A stretch of 33,717 nt of DNA from Myxococcota bacterium (GCA_036127535.1 JAYYRF010000477.1:1-33717); one strand, 5' to 3'; numbered from the stretch's first letter, positions 1 to 9,008 are shown. Numbers and translations: made by a program. Notes: a model not told the origin generated them from the sequence alone.

Positions 1-239
1 TGGCTCGGCTCTTCGAGTGGAGGAGCGACGTCTTCGGGTTCTGCCACAGCCTCGGTTTGTATCTCATCCGCGATGGGTGCTTCTTCAGCGGCTGCATTTA
101 CATCTTGTGGAACCGGCTCCGGCTCAAATGAGGTTGCGGAAGGAGAAATGGGATTGCTAACGGCTACATCTTCCGGCTCTATGTTCAAGGCCTGCTTGAC
201 CATTGATTTCAACTTGCTACGAATTCCAAAAAGAGCCAT
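1..239 (-). CDS. Partial CDS running off the window edge; acidic Pro/Glu/Ala-rich N-terminus, function unknown (not in ORF track)
   Basis: Manual translation from ATG at 239: MALFGIRSKLKSMVKQALNIEPEDVAVSNPISPSATSFEPEPVPQDV..., open to the window edge. RBS AGGAG overlaps the ppa stop codon (TAGGAGAAAAA-ATG). Confidence 0.75.
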   Translation of the reverse strand, partial: MALFGIRSKLKSMVKQALNIEPEDVAVSNPISPSATSFEPEPVPQDVNAAAEEAPIADEIQTEAVAEPEDVAPPLEEPS

Positions 240-247
240 TTTTTCTC

Positions 248-670
248 CTAATCATCAAATAGGTCTATTTCCTTACATTCTAAGCCCAAAAACGCCGTTC
301 GGCAATTTGATTTGCGTTGTAAGTTTGTAAGGTTCTTAATCCGAGCGTAAAAACGAAAAAAAGTATGCAAAGAAATCCTATCCATACGACTGGGTGGGGA
401 TGTCGACAAGATGATCTTGTGATCCTCCATTCCTCGATCGATAAACAAAACCCGCCCAACAATCGATAGACGACACCTCTCTTGGTACGCGCGCGTTTTA
501 CCCAATACGATCGCATCCAACGGATCCCCGTCTTTTCCATCAAACCCTTCCAATCGACCGTAATTAAACGGACAAGGTATCGGGGAAATCAGATCGATGG
601 CGCCATACTCATTTCTTTTAATAAAGGCACCCTTTGGCGTTTCAATAATAACCGTATATAATCTTTCCAT
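248..670 (-). CDS. ppa: Inorganic pyrophosphatase, family I, compact form (~140 aa)
   Basis: IETPKG, PFNYG, signature DGDPLDA, D-x4-DHK, FF-x2-Y. ATG at 670 preferred over TTG at 676. Confidence 0.85.
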   Translation of the reverse strand: MERLYTVIIETPKGAFIKRNEYGAIDLISPIPCPFNYGRLEGFDGKDGDPLDAIVLGKTRAYQERCRLSIVGRVLFIDRGMEDHKIILSTSPPSRMDRISLHTFFRFYARIKNLTNLQRKSNCRTAFLGLECKEIDLFDD

Positions 671-692
671 TCCCAATCCAGTGGAGAGCCCT

Positions 693-1148
693 ATGTGCCT
701 TCGTCTCCTCCTTTTATCAACCCTTATAGCCTGTGGTGATCAAAGCGCCAACTTCACCCAGCAGCCACCGGACTCCAACACTGATTTTGGAGATCCAACG
801 TTGGAGTTCTCAGCCGACATCCTTTTCTTTTCAGACGTAGAGTCCGGTGTCGCCAGTTCGCAGACCCTTACGATGACGAGTACCGGAGACTCGACGGTCG
901 AGGTGAGCAAACTGGCTCTCAGCAGCTCAGCCGGCGGCTTGTTTTACATGGAGGATTTTGATTCCTTTATCTTGAATCCTGGAAGCATGAAAGAAGTCAC
1001 CATTCTCGTCACCCTCACCGAAGAAGACTTTGCTTTGGGAGAGGTGCAGATTCGAAGCAACGATGCCGATAACCGAGATCGCCGAATCCCGCTGTGCGCC
1101 AATCTAAACGGATATGAGATCACGACCGAGTGCGACGTAGCAGAGTAA
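693..1148 (+). CDS. Lipoprotein with a probable Ig-like (ASH/choice-of-anchor-D-like) beta-sandwich
   Basis: GGAGAG RBS before ATG 693. Lipobox LIAC at Cys14. Pattern F-x2-V-x-G...TLTMTSTG...LNPG...GEVQIRSND resembles ASH/Ig-like domains. Confidence 0.65.
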   Translation: MCLRLLLLSTLIACGDQSANFTQQPPDSNTDFGDPTLEFSADILFFSDVESGVASSQTLTMTSTGDSTVEVSKLALSSSAGGLFYMEDFDSFILNPGSMKEVTILVTLTEEDFALGEVQIRSNDADNRDRRIPLCANLNGYEITTECDVAE

Positions 1149-2789
1149 CTACTTCGGAAAAAATAGATACTGCGGTCGAACCGGCCACCCCTTCTTTGGC
1201 ATTAGCGCCTTCTTTCGACCCTGTGCAGGCTTTTCATCTAAACGAAGACGCTCTGTCTTTCGGTAATGCTCTTTTCGACCATAATCTTCTTTGGTGTTCG
1301 CGAGTAGAATTGCAGCAAAACGTTGGTTTTCAATGTCTTCGCGGAGCGAGCGAACATGCTCTGCCAGTGGACCGGTCGGATGCTTAATATCCCAAATCGC
1401 AATGAGATGGGCACTGGGAGGCTGGCCAACTTTTACCGGATACCAAGGCGAGTGCGGAGCGAAAATCGGTCCATCGATTTGGGCGAGTCGGGTCATCAAT
1501 ATCTCTCCGCCTCGATAATCGGCGGCTGTGGGGATAAAATCGTCCGGATTCCAACGCGCAATAAAAAGCTGCAGGGGAATTAACATTGCGGGCAGTATCC
1601 GAAGACCATGATGCGTCCATACCCAATGCATCGCAAACGCTCCCCACAAAGAGAAGGCCCACATTCCCGGTATTAAAACATTGTTGTAACCGCCATGGTG
1701 CGCGCGCATGATCGCGGAAAAAAAGCACAACACCGTACCGCAATACAACCAAAAACGGGTTCCCTCTCGGCATGGCAGATGGCGCGCCCACCACAAAAGA
1801 GGCAAAACGGCTGTCCACAAGAGAACTCCAATCGCGATTTGTCCAACCATTTTACTGCCCACTGCAGAAATAGGAATGCCCGAAAGCAACATTTCCAGTT
1901 CCGTTGGCAATAGCAAAACGAGAAGTAAGATCGGCATATACAGCACAAATCGCAGCGCCTTCTTCGAATCCTCTTCTGTCAGCATCCGAAAAGACGTTAG
2001 CACAATCATAAATGCGCTCATTAGGATCAGGGCGCTGCTAATCTCGTGATGAGATAACCACAAAAATCGCCAGGCGACAAAGGGGTGATGCGCGGGCACG
2101 CCCAAGAGATAGGTCAAAAAGAAACCGTCTGTACTCCACTCCATGTAGCCCGTAAAGAGCAGTGCGGGAATGGCGCTGGCCGAGGCAAATATCCATGCTT
2201 CTTTCGTCGAGCGATAGCGCCAAAGCCAAGCCATCATCGGGAACCCGAGTATCGCTGCATTATGCTTGGTCATAAACGCAACGCAGAGCAATACACCACC
2301 CAAAATGAGTCTTCCTCGACGAACCCATACCATCGACCAGGCCATTAAGGCGATCAACAAGCCATCACCACGAACGATGTCGAAAAAAGCACCCGTGTCT
2401 TCATAAGTGGACAAAAAAAACACACCACCAGCGAATGCAATCGGCCAAGCGGCCTTTTCATATCGAAGAGCGGATACGATCGCCCATGCGGCGACCAACG
2501 TTCCTACAATCGAAACCAATCGACCCACAGGATAATCGAGTTCGGTTATGTAGCCCCCCAGTGCCAACAGCCAATAGTACAATGGTGGATAAATAAAACA
2601 AATGAACTCGGATGTGGGCGCAGCATATAGAGGCTTGCCTTCCATGACACGAAGTCCGTGGAGTAAAACTCCGCCTTCCATCCATTCCAAGTCATAGGGA
2701 TAGAAAAAGCGAAACCAGACGGTGTAAAAAAATAGCCCCAACAAAGCTATGCAAGAGAAGCAGATCACAACCGTGGGGAAACGTTTCAT
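1149..2789 (-). CDS. Polytopic membrane glycosyltransferase, GT-C fold (ArnT/PMT-like)
   Basis: Many hydrophobic helices. Acidic first loop YPYDLEWMEGG, YPPLYY, R-x-D and TKH motifs. ATG 2789 overlaps the aldolase stop (TGATG). Confidence 0.7.
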   Translation of the reverse strand: MKRFPTVVICFSCIALLGLFFYTVWFRFFYPYDLEWMEGGVLLHGLRVMEGKPLYAAPTSEFICFIYPPLYYWLLALGGYITELDYPVGRLVSIVGTLVAAWAIVSALRYEKAAWPIAFAGGVFFLSTYEDTGAFFDIVRGDGLLIALMAWSMVWVRRGRLILGGVLLCVAFMTKHNAAILGFPMMAWLWRYRSTKEAWIFASASAIPALLFTGYMEWSTDGFFLTYLLGVPAHHPFVAWRFLWLSHHEISSALILMSAFMIVLTSFRMLTEEDSKKALRFVLYMPILLLVLLLPTELEMLLSGIPISAVGSKMVGQIAIGVLLWTAVLPLLWWARHLPCREGTRFWLYCGTVLCFFSAIMRAHHGGYNNVLIPGMWAFSLWGAFAMHWVWTHHGLRILPAMLIPLQLFIARWNPDDFIPTAADYRGGEILMTRLAQIDGPIFAPHSPWYPVKVGQPPSAHLIAIWDIKHPTGPLAEHVRSLREDIENQRFAAILLANTKEDYGRKEHYRKTERLRLDEKPAQGRKKALMPKKGWPVRPQYLFFPK

Positions 2790-3646
2790 CAATTCCGAAG
2801 GGCTTTAATGGTCGCATCGACCAACGAGGCTTCCAGTGTACGCAGAGCCTTCTCTTCTCCGGGAAGTTGATAACGCATCCGCGCCATCTTTAATTCTTTT
2901 TCTGGCCCGATCCCTTTTGGGTGAGGATTGCTGCAACCTGTACATCCAGTACAAACAGGCGGCAAGTCGGCTCCTGGATCATCGGCTTTGGCAACCGCAG
3001 ACGGAGGGCCTCCATACCGCTTGAGTCCCATGGAACGAAGATGCACCGCTTCTTCAGGCGGCAATTCTTTGACGCCACCCAATGAACGTGCGGTCTTGGT
3101 AATGAGTGCGGTATGCTCCATCGTCTCCAAATTACAAAAAGCCTCCAGCAAACCTTTACCCACGCAAACTGCCCCGTGACGATCCATCAAAATGGCGTCG
3201 TGGTTCAAAATCGCATCTCCTACACGAGAAGCAAGGGCGTCCGTTCCGGTCGTTTCGTAACGCAACGTAGGAACGACACCGAGCGTCAAGACCACTTCAG
3301 GGAGAACGCATCGAGCCATGCTCACATCGGCGATGGTGAAAGCGACACTCAAAGGCGGATGGGCGTGTACAACCGCTTTGATGTCAGGCCGTGCGCGGTA
3401 GCAGGCCAAGTGCATGGCCATCTCGGATGTCGGACGGCCCGAACCGCGCAAGTGACGACCGTTTTGATCGATAACCACCAGATCGTTGTCCGTGAGAAAG
3501 CCTTTGTGGCATCCGGCTTTGGTACACAAAATGTTTCCCGACGGGAGTCGAACCGAGAGGTTACCGTCCATCGCAACCAACAGATTTCTCTGATAGCAAA
3601 GCTTGGCAATTTCAATCAGTTGTTTTCTTAGTTGTGTTTCATGCAT
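2789..3646 (-). CDS. Class II aldolase/adducin family protein (FucA-like) with a Cys-rich C-terminal extension
   Basis: DGNLSVR, PTSEMAMH (catalytic Glu), HAHP and RHG Zn ligands; ~70 aa extra tail containing CTGCTGC. Confidence 0.9.
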   Translation of the reverse strand: MHETQLRKQLIEIAKLCYQRNLLVAMDGNLSVRLPSGNILCTKAGCHKGFLTDNDLVVIDQNGRHLRGSGRPTSEMAMHLACYRARPDIKAVVHAHPPLSVAFTIADVSMARCVLPEVVLTLGVVPTLRYETTGTDALASRVGDAILNHDAILMDRHGAVCVGKGLLEAFCNLETMEHTALITKTARSLGGVKELPPEEAVHLRSMGLKRYGGPPSAVAKADDPGADLPPVCTGCTGCSNPHPKGIGPEKELKMARMRYQLPGEEKALRTLEASLVDATIKALRN

Positions 3647-3669
3647 CGCAATATCCTATGCGAAAAGCC

Positions 3670-4671
3670 TTAACCTCTTTCCGCTCGTCTTTCACGTCCC
3701 AAGATATCTCGCAAAGCGTCCTTTGCTGACTTCTCTTCATATAAAAGCATATATACCTGTTCTATCAAAGGAGCTTCGATTCCTTCTTTTTGCGCAAGCG
3801 CCTTGGCGCTTTCCGTCGTGATGACCCCCTCTGCCACTTGACCGAGTTCCCTTAAAATTTGGGGAAGCTTTTTTCCCTGCCCCAAACCGAGACCCACACG
3901 ACGATTGCGAGAGAGATTCCCCGTACAGGTCAAAACCAAGTCTCCCATACCGGAGAGTCCGGCCATGGTTAGAGGATTGGCTCCACGAGCAACAGCGAGA
4001 CGAGAAATCTCGGCAAGACCTCTTGTCATCAGCCCCGCTCGGGCATTCAAACCAATTTCCATGCCGTCTACGACGCCACAAGCGATCGCAATGATATTTT
4101 TGAGGGCGCCGCCGAGTTCGGCGCCGACAATATCATCGGTGTGATAAACCCGAAAGTTCCCCGCATGAAACGCGTCTGCGACCTCGGTTGCCACTTCGGA
4201 AAAGCGGGAGGCGACAACGACAGCCGTCGGCATGTCCATCGCAACCTCTTTGGCAAAGGATGGCCCGGCCAAAAAGGTGAGTTGTGCATGAAACGAACGG
4301 GGCAATACGTCGCGGAAAACCTCTTCCATCGTCATGAGGCTCCCCCGTTCTATTCCCTTTGATGCACAACAAATCGGAACCAGTGGATTCAGAAGGGGCA
4401 AAGACTGCCGAACTACAGCGCGTGTGTGCTGACTGGGAATCGCAAAAACGACCAAATCCGCTCCGTTGAGCACATAGTCCATATCCGCAGAGACCGTAAT
4501 GGCCTCTCCAAAGGGAATTCCCGGTAGATAACGAGAATTCTCTCTTTGACGCTGCATCTCTTGGGCGCGCTCCCTGTCACGATGCCAAATGCGCACTTGG
4601 TTCTCCGCACGCGCAAGCTGTAAAGCCAGTGCGGTTCCCCAAGAACCCGAGCCCAAAACAGCAACTTGCAT
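3670..4671 (-). CDS. gpsA: NAD(P)H-dependent glycerol-3-phosphate dehydrogenase
   Basis: GSGSWGTALA, ASKGIE, GPSFAKEV, GGALKNIIAIACG, GMGDLVLTC, SRNR, VAEGV. ATG 4671 has a G-rich RBS. Confidence 0.97.
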   Translation of the reverse strand: MQVAVLGSGSWGTALALQLARAENQVRIWHRDRERAQEMQRQRENSRYLPGIPFGEAITVSADMDYVLNGADLVVFAIPSQHTRAVVRQSLPLLNPLVPICCASKGIERGSLMTMEEVFRDVLPRSFHAQLTFLAGPSFAKEVAMDMPTAVVVASRFSEVATEVADAFHAGNFRVYHTDDIVGAELGGALKNIIAIACGVVDGMEIGLNARAGLMTRGLAEISRLAVARGANPLTMAGLSGMGDLVLTCTGNLSRNRRVGLGLGQGKKLPQILRELGQVAEGVITTESAKALAQKEGIEAPLIEQVYMLLYEEKSAKDALRDILGRERRAERG

Positions 4672-4771
4672 TTTACCCCCTTCCGCAATCAAAAGTAGCT
4701 GATTCTATGAAAAAAGTACAGGCCAAAAGAATCGGTGTTACATTCTAACTTTATTAAATGGATCTTGGAGT

Positions 4772-5608
4772 ATGTGGAAGCAAACAAAACAAGCAGATTT
4801 TTTTACGCTTAACGAAACGGTCTTTCGCGAACGAGAGACAGAATTTATATCGCTTGTGACCTTAAGTACCAACCATCTATCCGATCCGTCCGCATTCGCT
4901 TTTTACACATTCATCGAGAACGGTGTGTCCATCGGTCAGGCAATACGTTCTCGCTCGCGACTCGAAGTAGGGTGTCTCCCCCAACAAAGCATCGCTTCCT
5001 TGGTCGACCTCTTGGCAACGCCCCGTCCAAGCATATCCGAAATTCGGGGTTTTGCAGATTCCGTTGATCGTTTTGTACCCACCTGGACCCAAAAAGTAGC
5101 TTGCCAAACCGAACTGTTCTTACATACCAGCCTTTACACGCTCCATCGCCTGACACTCCCTCCAACACAAGGTGGCACCTTGATCTGTGCCACTGATACA
5201 CATCGATCCATCGCATCCAAATTGATGCGTGGCTTTATAGATGACTGCTTCCCCGAGCAGGCCAATCCAACCCTCCTGGCCGAGAAACATACGAAAAAAT
5301 TGATGGCCCAAAAGAACTTATTTTTGTGGAAGAACCGAGAAGGAGAGTGGGTATCGTTGGCCGCCCAGGTGCGAACTTCTTGGCACACCGCATCGATATC
5401 CATGGTGTACACCCCACCCGAACATCGAGGAAGAGGATACGGTCGATGCGTGACCGGAATGTTGTCGCAAAAGATCATGCGCGAGCAAAATCGTACCTGC
5501 AATCTGTTTGCCGACGTAAAGAATCCTACGTCGAACTACATCTATCGATCTTTGGGGTATGAAAAAATTAACGAAGAAAAAAGCATGTTCCTACGACCGT
5601 ACGAGTAA
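4772..5608 (+). CDS. GNAT family N-acetyltransferase (C-terminal FR47-like GNAT domain)
   Basis: VYTPPEHRGRGYG acetyl-CoA motif, LFAD-x2-NPTSNYIYRSLGY. Confidence 0.88.
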   Translation: MWKQTKQADFFTLNETVFRERETEFISLVTLSTNHLSDPSAFAFYTFIENGVSIGQAIRSRSRLEVGCLPQQSIASLVDLLATPRPSISEIRGFADSVDRFVPTWTQKVACQTELFLHTSLYTLHRLTLPPTQGGTLICATDTHRSIASKLMRGFIDDCFPEQANPTLLAEKHTKKLMAQKNLFLWKNREGEWVSLAAQVRTSWHTASISMVYTPPEHRGRGYGRCVTGMLSQKIMREQNRTCNLFADVKNPTSNYIYRSLGYEKINEEKSMFLRPYE

Positions 5609-5614
5609 TGTAAA

Positions 5615-6580
5615 ATGCCCACACAAACGCTACCTTTTTATCGCCCCCTAAACGCCCTTGTCATTCCCATCGTATATGAAGACGAGACCCATTACTTTTT
5701 CTCCGATACCGGAATGCCTCAATCTTTTTCGGATCGAATGCCACACATCCCCCTCGATCAAAGCCCCATAGATCGACCCTTTCCTCTACACGAACCGTTG
5801 TTCTCCTTAACCGAACTCTCGAATTTACTCGGTGTTGAACTCTCTGGCTTCTTGGGCATCGATTTTTTCTCTTCGGTTTCACAATGGGGGATCGATTATC
5901 AAAATCGACGTTTACACTTCAACGATCGTGATTTTAATGCGGGTTTTGAATCGCTCAAAGGTTTTCACCTCCATGGCGGACCGATTGTGAAGGCCTCTTT
6001 CGGGGGGCGAACGGAAGGATATACCTATGTCGATACCGGCTCATACCTTTGCTATTTCTACAAGGAACCACTCGTGGAAGCTTCCTTCATCTATCCTGAG
6101 CTTCCCTCCCCCAGCCCCTGGGGTTCCATTACTTTTTCCCTCCATGCGCCATGTACCATCTCCGTGGGAGAGACGATCTTTTCCGATATCACCATTGGAC
6201 ACGCCGCTTTACCCTCCCAGCTACAAGGGGTCATCGGAAACAATCTACTTTCACAATACGATGTTCTGTTCGATTGGGAATCAATGATGATGTATCTGCG
6301 CCCCCATCGACAACCACAGCGTGTATGGGAGCATCCCAAACCTGGCCGAAAAGCCCCTCTGATCCACTTTATCTCTCCACCAAGCGCATCGCCTCGATAT
6401 TTGGAAGTCCTACGGCGCGCCAGTCACAGTCAAAGCAATACCCAGTGGATACCGGGTACGCGATTCTCTCTTCCCAACATCGATTGGGAGCACCCCGAAG
6501 CGATTAATCAAATCATCGAAGAACTGCCCAACGCCAGTGAATTCGACTCAGAGCCTCTTTTTATTTCCTTTTCTCCGTGA
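5615..6580 (+). CDS. Two-domain retropepsin-like aspartyl protease
   Basis: Two DTG motifs (FSDTG, YVDTGS), each followed by a hydrophobic-hydrophobic-Gly motif (GFLGIDFF, GVIGNNLL) and an IDY/FDW strand. Confidence 0.72.
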   Translation: MPTQTLPFYRPLNALVIPIVYEDETHYFFSDTGMPQSFSDRMPHIPLDQSPIDRPFPLHEPLFSLTELSNLLGVELSGFLGIDFFSSVSQWGIDYQNRRLHFNDRDFNAGFESLKGFHLHGGPIVKASFGGRTEGYTYVDTGSYLCYFYKEPLVEASFIYPELPSPSPWGSITFSLHAPCTISVGETIFSDITIGHAALPSQLQGVIGNNLLSQYDVLFDWESMMMYLRPHRQPQRVWEHPKPGRKAPLIHFISPPSASPRYLEVLRRASHSQSNTQWIPGTRFSLPNIDWEHPEAINQIIEELPNASEFDSEPLFISFSP

Positions 6581-6586
6581 GTCTGC

Positions 6587-7642
6587 ATGCGATACTTTTC
6601 CGACTCCTACGTCCAAGCCCGCACACGAATTCGAAGTGCTTTTGAAACCTACGGATCATGGGAAGCCTATCCCATCGAACACGACCCACAACTGACCATC
6701 GATGTTGCGCGCATCGGACCGACAGATGCCAAAAAGCTCGTGATCGTCTCCAGCGGCACCCATGGCGTCGAAGGATTTTTTGGTTCGGCCTTGCAACTCT
6801 CCGTTCTCGAGAAGCAAGTGTTACCGCCAAAGGACACCGCTTTGCTGATCATTCACGCGATCAACCCCTTTGGTTTCGCCAACATCCGGCGTGTAAATGA
6901 GAGCAACATTGACCTAAACCGCAATTTTATGCGTGTTGGTGAGACGTATTCGGGCGCCGATCCCGGATATCATAAACTCAACGGAATCCTCAATCCCCAA
7001 ACGCCACCCGGTCCAGAGTTATTTCTCCTACGGACGGCGTTCAACATTGCGCGATACGGATTTAATTCCTTAAAAAACTCCATTGCACAAGGCCAATACG
7101 AATACCCAAAAGGACTATTTTTTGGGGGAGAAGGGCCATCGGACTCCATGAAAATTATCGAAACAAACCTACCCAAATGGGTCGGAGAAGCCGAAGAGAT
7201 CCTACACTTGGATATGCATACCGGTCTCGGGAAATGGGGAACCTACGTAATGGCCAGCACCAAAGATCTTCCATCAGACATACTGGAACGATTGATCCCT
7301 TTTTTTGGATCCGAGAACGTTCAACAACTCTCTTCAGAGGGTGTATTGTACGAAATCCGAGGTGAATTCAGCACTTTTTGTCGCTCACTGTTTCCGGATA
7401 AGCGGTACATTCCTTTCTTAGCGGAGTTTGGGACCTACAACATCATCAAGGTTCTCAAAGCCCTGCGGTATGAAAATCGCGTATGGCACTGGGGTGGCAA
7501 CCGTGAGAAAGCCAAAGAAATACTCAAAGAAGCCTTTGTTCCACGCGACCCACAATGGGAGGACATTGTTTTGCATCGGGGCACCCGAATCGTCGAGCAA
7601 GCGTATGAAGCCCTCTCGAATTCCATTGGACAAAGAGATTAA
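6587..7642 (+). CDS. M14 family zinc metallopeptidase (DUF2817-type)
   Basis: SGTHGVEG (HxxE), HAINPFGF, RRVNESNIDLNRNF, DMHTGLG, AEFGT. Confidence 0.88.
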   Translation: MRYFSDSYVQARTRIRSAFETYGSWEAYPIEHDPQLTIDVARIGPTDAKKLVIVSSGTHGVEGFFGSALQLSVLEKQVLPPKDTALLIIHAINPFGFANIRRVNESNIDLNRNFMRVGETYSGADPGYHKLNGILNPQTPPGPELFLLRTAFNIARYGFNSLKNSIAQGQYEYPKGLFFGGEGPSDSMKIIETNLPKWVGEAEEILHLDMHTGLGKWGTYVMASTKDLPSDILERLIPFFGSENVQQLSSEGVLYEIRGEFSTFCRSLFPDKRYIPFLAEFGTYNIIKVLKALRYENRVWHWGGNREKAKEILKEAFVPRDPQWEDIVLHRGTRIVEQAYEALSNSIGQRD

Positions 7643-7718
7643 CCACCAAAAGCATATTAATTAAGATTCGTACCGCCTTTTGACACAAACACAGCACGCC
7701 TGACACAATGGAGTTCCT

Positions 7719-9005
7719 ATGCAACAAACCAGTCTTCTCATTTCTCTCTCACTCCTATTCGCCTGCCGTGGCGCAGACGACACCACCGATTTGGCGGATC
7801 GCATCAACACTCTCGAGACAACCGTCGCTGCACAAGAAGCACTACTCAGCACACAACAAGAAGCCATCACCGTCCTGAGCGAGGCTCTCCAAGAAGCGAC
7901 GGACCAATTGGATTCCCTCGAGAGCCAAGGGGATGTCACAGACCTTCAAGAGCAAGTCGATGCCAACACCGATCAGCTCTCACAACTCGATCCAGCTGAA
8001 ATCGCAACGGAGTCGTGGGTCATCACGCAAAATTACGTCACCAGTGACGAACTTACGAATGTAGAAACACTGGTTGCCGCCAACGCGACCTCGATCAGCG
8101 CCAACACCTCCTCCATTTCCAGCACCACATCCATCGCAACGTCCAATGCGAATGACATTTTGCAAAACGCGATCAACATCAGCACCAACACCGTTGGCGT
8201 CGCGACCAACAGCAGTAACATCAACAACAATTCAACATCGATAGCCGCCCTTGAAACAACGTCGACAACGCAAGAAGCTACAATTGCAAGCAACACGGCC
8301 AGTCTTTCCAGCATGCAAAGCGATGTAACAGACAACACCGCGGCGATCTCGGACAACAACGCTGCAATCACTACCCAAGAAGCCAACATCTCGACCAATA
8401 CAGATGCGATCGCAACCCATGCAACATCCATCCAAAACAATTCGGATGCCATCGCGACGAACACGGCGAATATCGGTACCTTAACCGCCGATATCGGTGT
8501 ATACACCAGTAATATAGAGGATCTGCAGTTACGAACCGGGATGATGGGGGCTCCTGCCATCTGGGAGTCCAGCACGACTCTTTTCGAAAGCAGCTTTTCG
8601 CAAGGGAGATCGGGTCTCATGCTTTTGACAAGCGATGGTTCTTTTTATCTCTCTTTGCAACGCAACATCGATCAGCAAAGCTTCACACGCTTTTATGTTA
8701 CATTCTTCGTCAATAATCCCAGCAGCAGCGATATTGATGTCAGTTGGGAGTTTTGTCGTTCGGATACTTCGAGTGTGTTGATCGACGGGAGTACTGTGGC
8801 CACGCCGTCCGATGGTGACGGCTTTTGCTACTCCGATGTAAGCTTCACTCTATCACCCGGCGCGCACGTCATCACCATTACGGATTACGACCAAAATAAT
8901 TTTTTGGAAGGCGTCGGCGTGCGAAACGCTTGGATCGAAGCCAACGGGCTAGAGATCGATTACGAAGGCTTTCAAAATGCGACCGAATTGGGAATTGTCC
9001 CATAG
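7719..9005 (+). CDS. Lipoprotein fibre/adhesin-like protein: lipobox, long coiled-coil stalk, C-terminal beta-rich head
   Basis: GGAG RBS; lipobox LFAC (Cys16); 22 contiguous heptads; ~155 aa beta-rich C-terminal domain (FTLSPGAHVITI) with two Cys. Confidence 0.75.
   Translation: MQQTSLLISLSLLFACRGADDTTDLADRINTLETTVAAQEALLSTQQEAITVLSEALQEATDQLDSLESQGDVTDLQEQVDANTDQLSQLDPAEIATESWVITQNYVTSDELTNVETLVAANATSISANTSSISSTTSIATSNANDILQNAINISTNTVGVATNSSNINNNSTSIAALETTSTTQEATIASNTASLSSMQSDVTDNTAAISDNNAAITTQEANISTNTDAIATHATSIQNNSDAIATNTANIGTLTADIGVYTSNIEDLQLRTGMMGAPAIWESSTTLFESSFSQGRSGLMLLTSDGSFYLSLQRNIDQQSFTRFYVTFFVNNPSSSDIDVSWEFCRSDTSSVLIDGSTVATPSDGDGFCYSDVSFTLSPGAHVITITDYDQNNFLEGVGVRNAWIEANGLEIDYEGFQNATELGIVP
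8073..8534 (+). repeat. Degenerate coding heptad repeat, 22 x 21 bp, consensus I-x-x-N-T-x-x
   Basis: VAANATS/ISANTSS/.../IATNTAN/IGTLTAD/IGVYTSN/IEDLQLR; Asn at position d in 13 of 22 heptads by hand count. Confidence 0.85.
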
Positions 9006-9008
9006 CCA

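Noticed and set aside
2789-3646. Assigning fucA or mtnB
   Set aside because: Family is clear but substrate is not; no fucose or methionine-salvage genes are adjacent.
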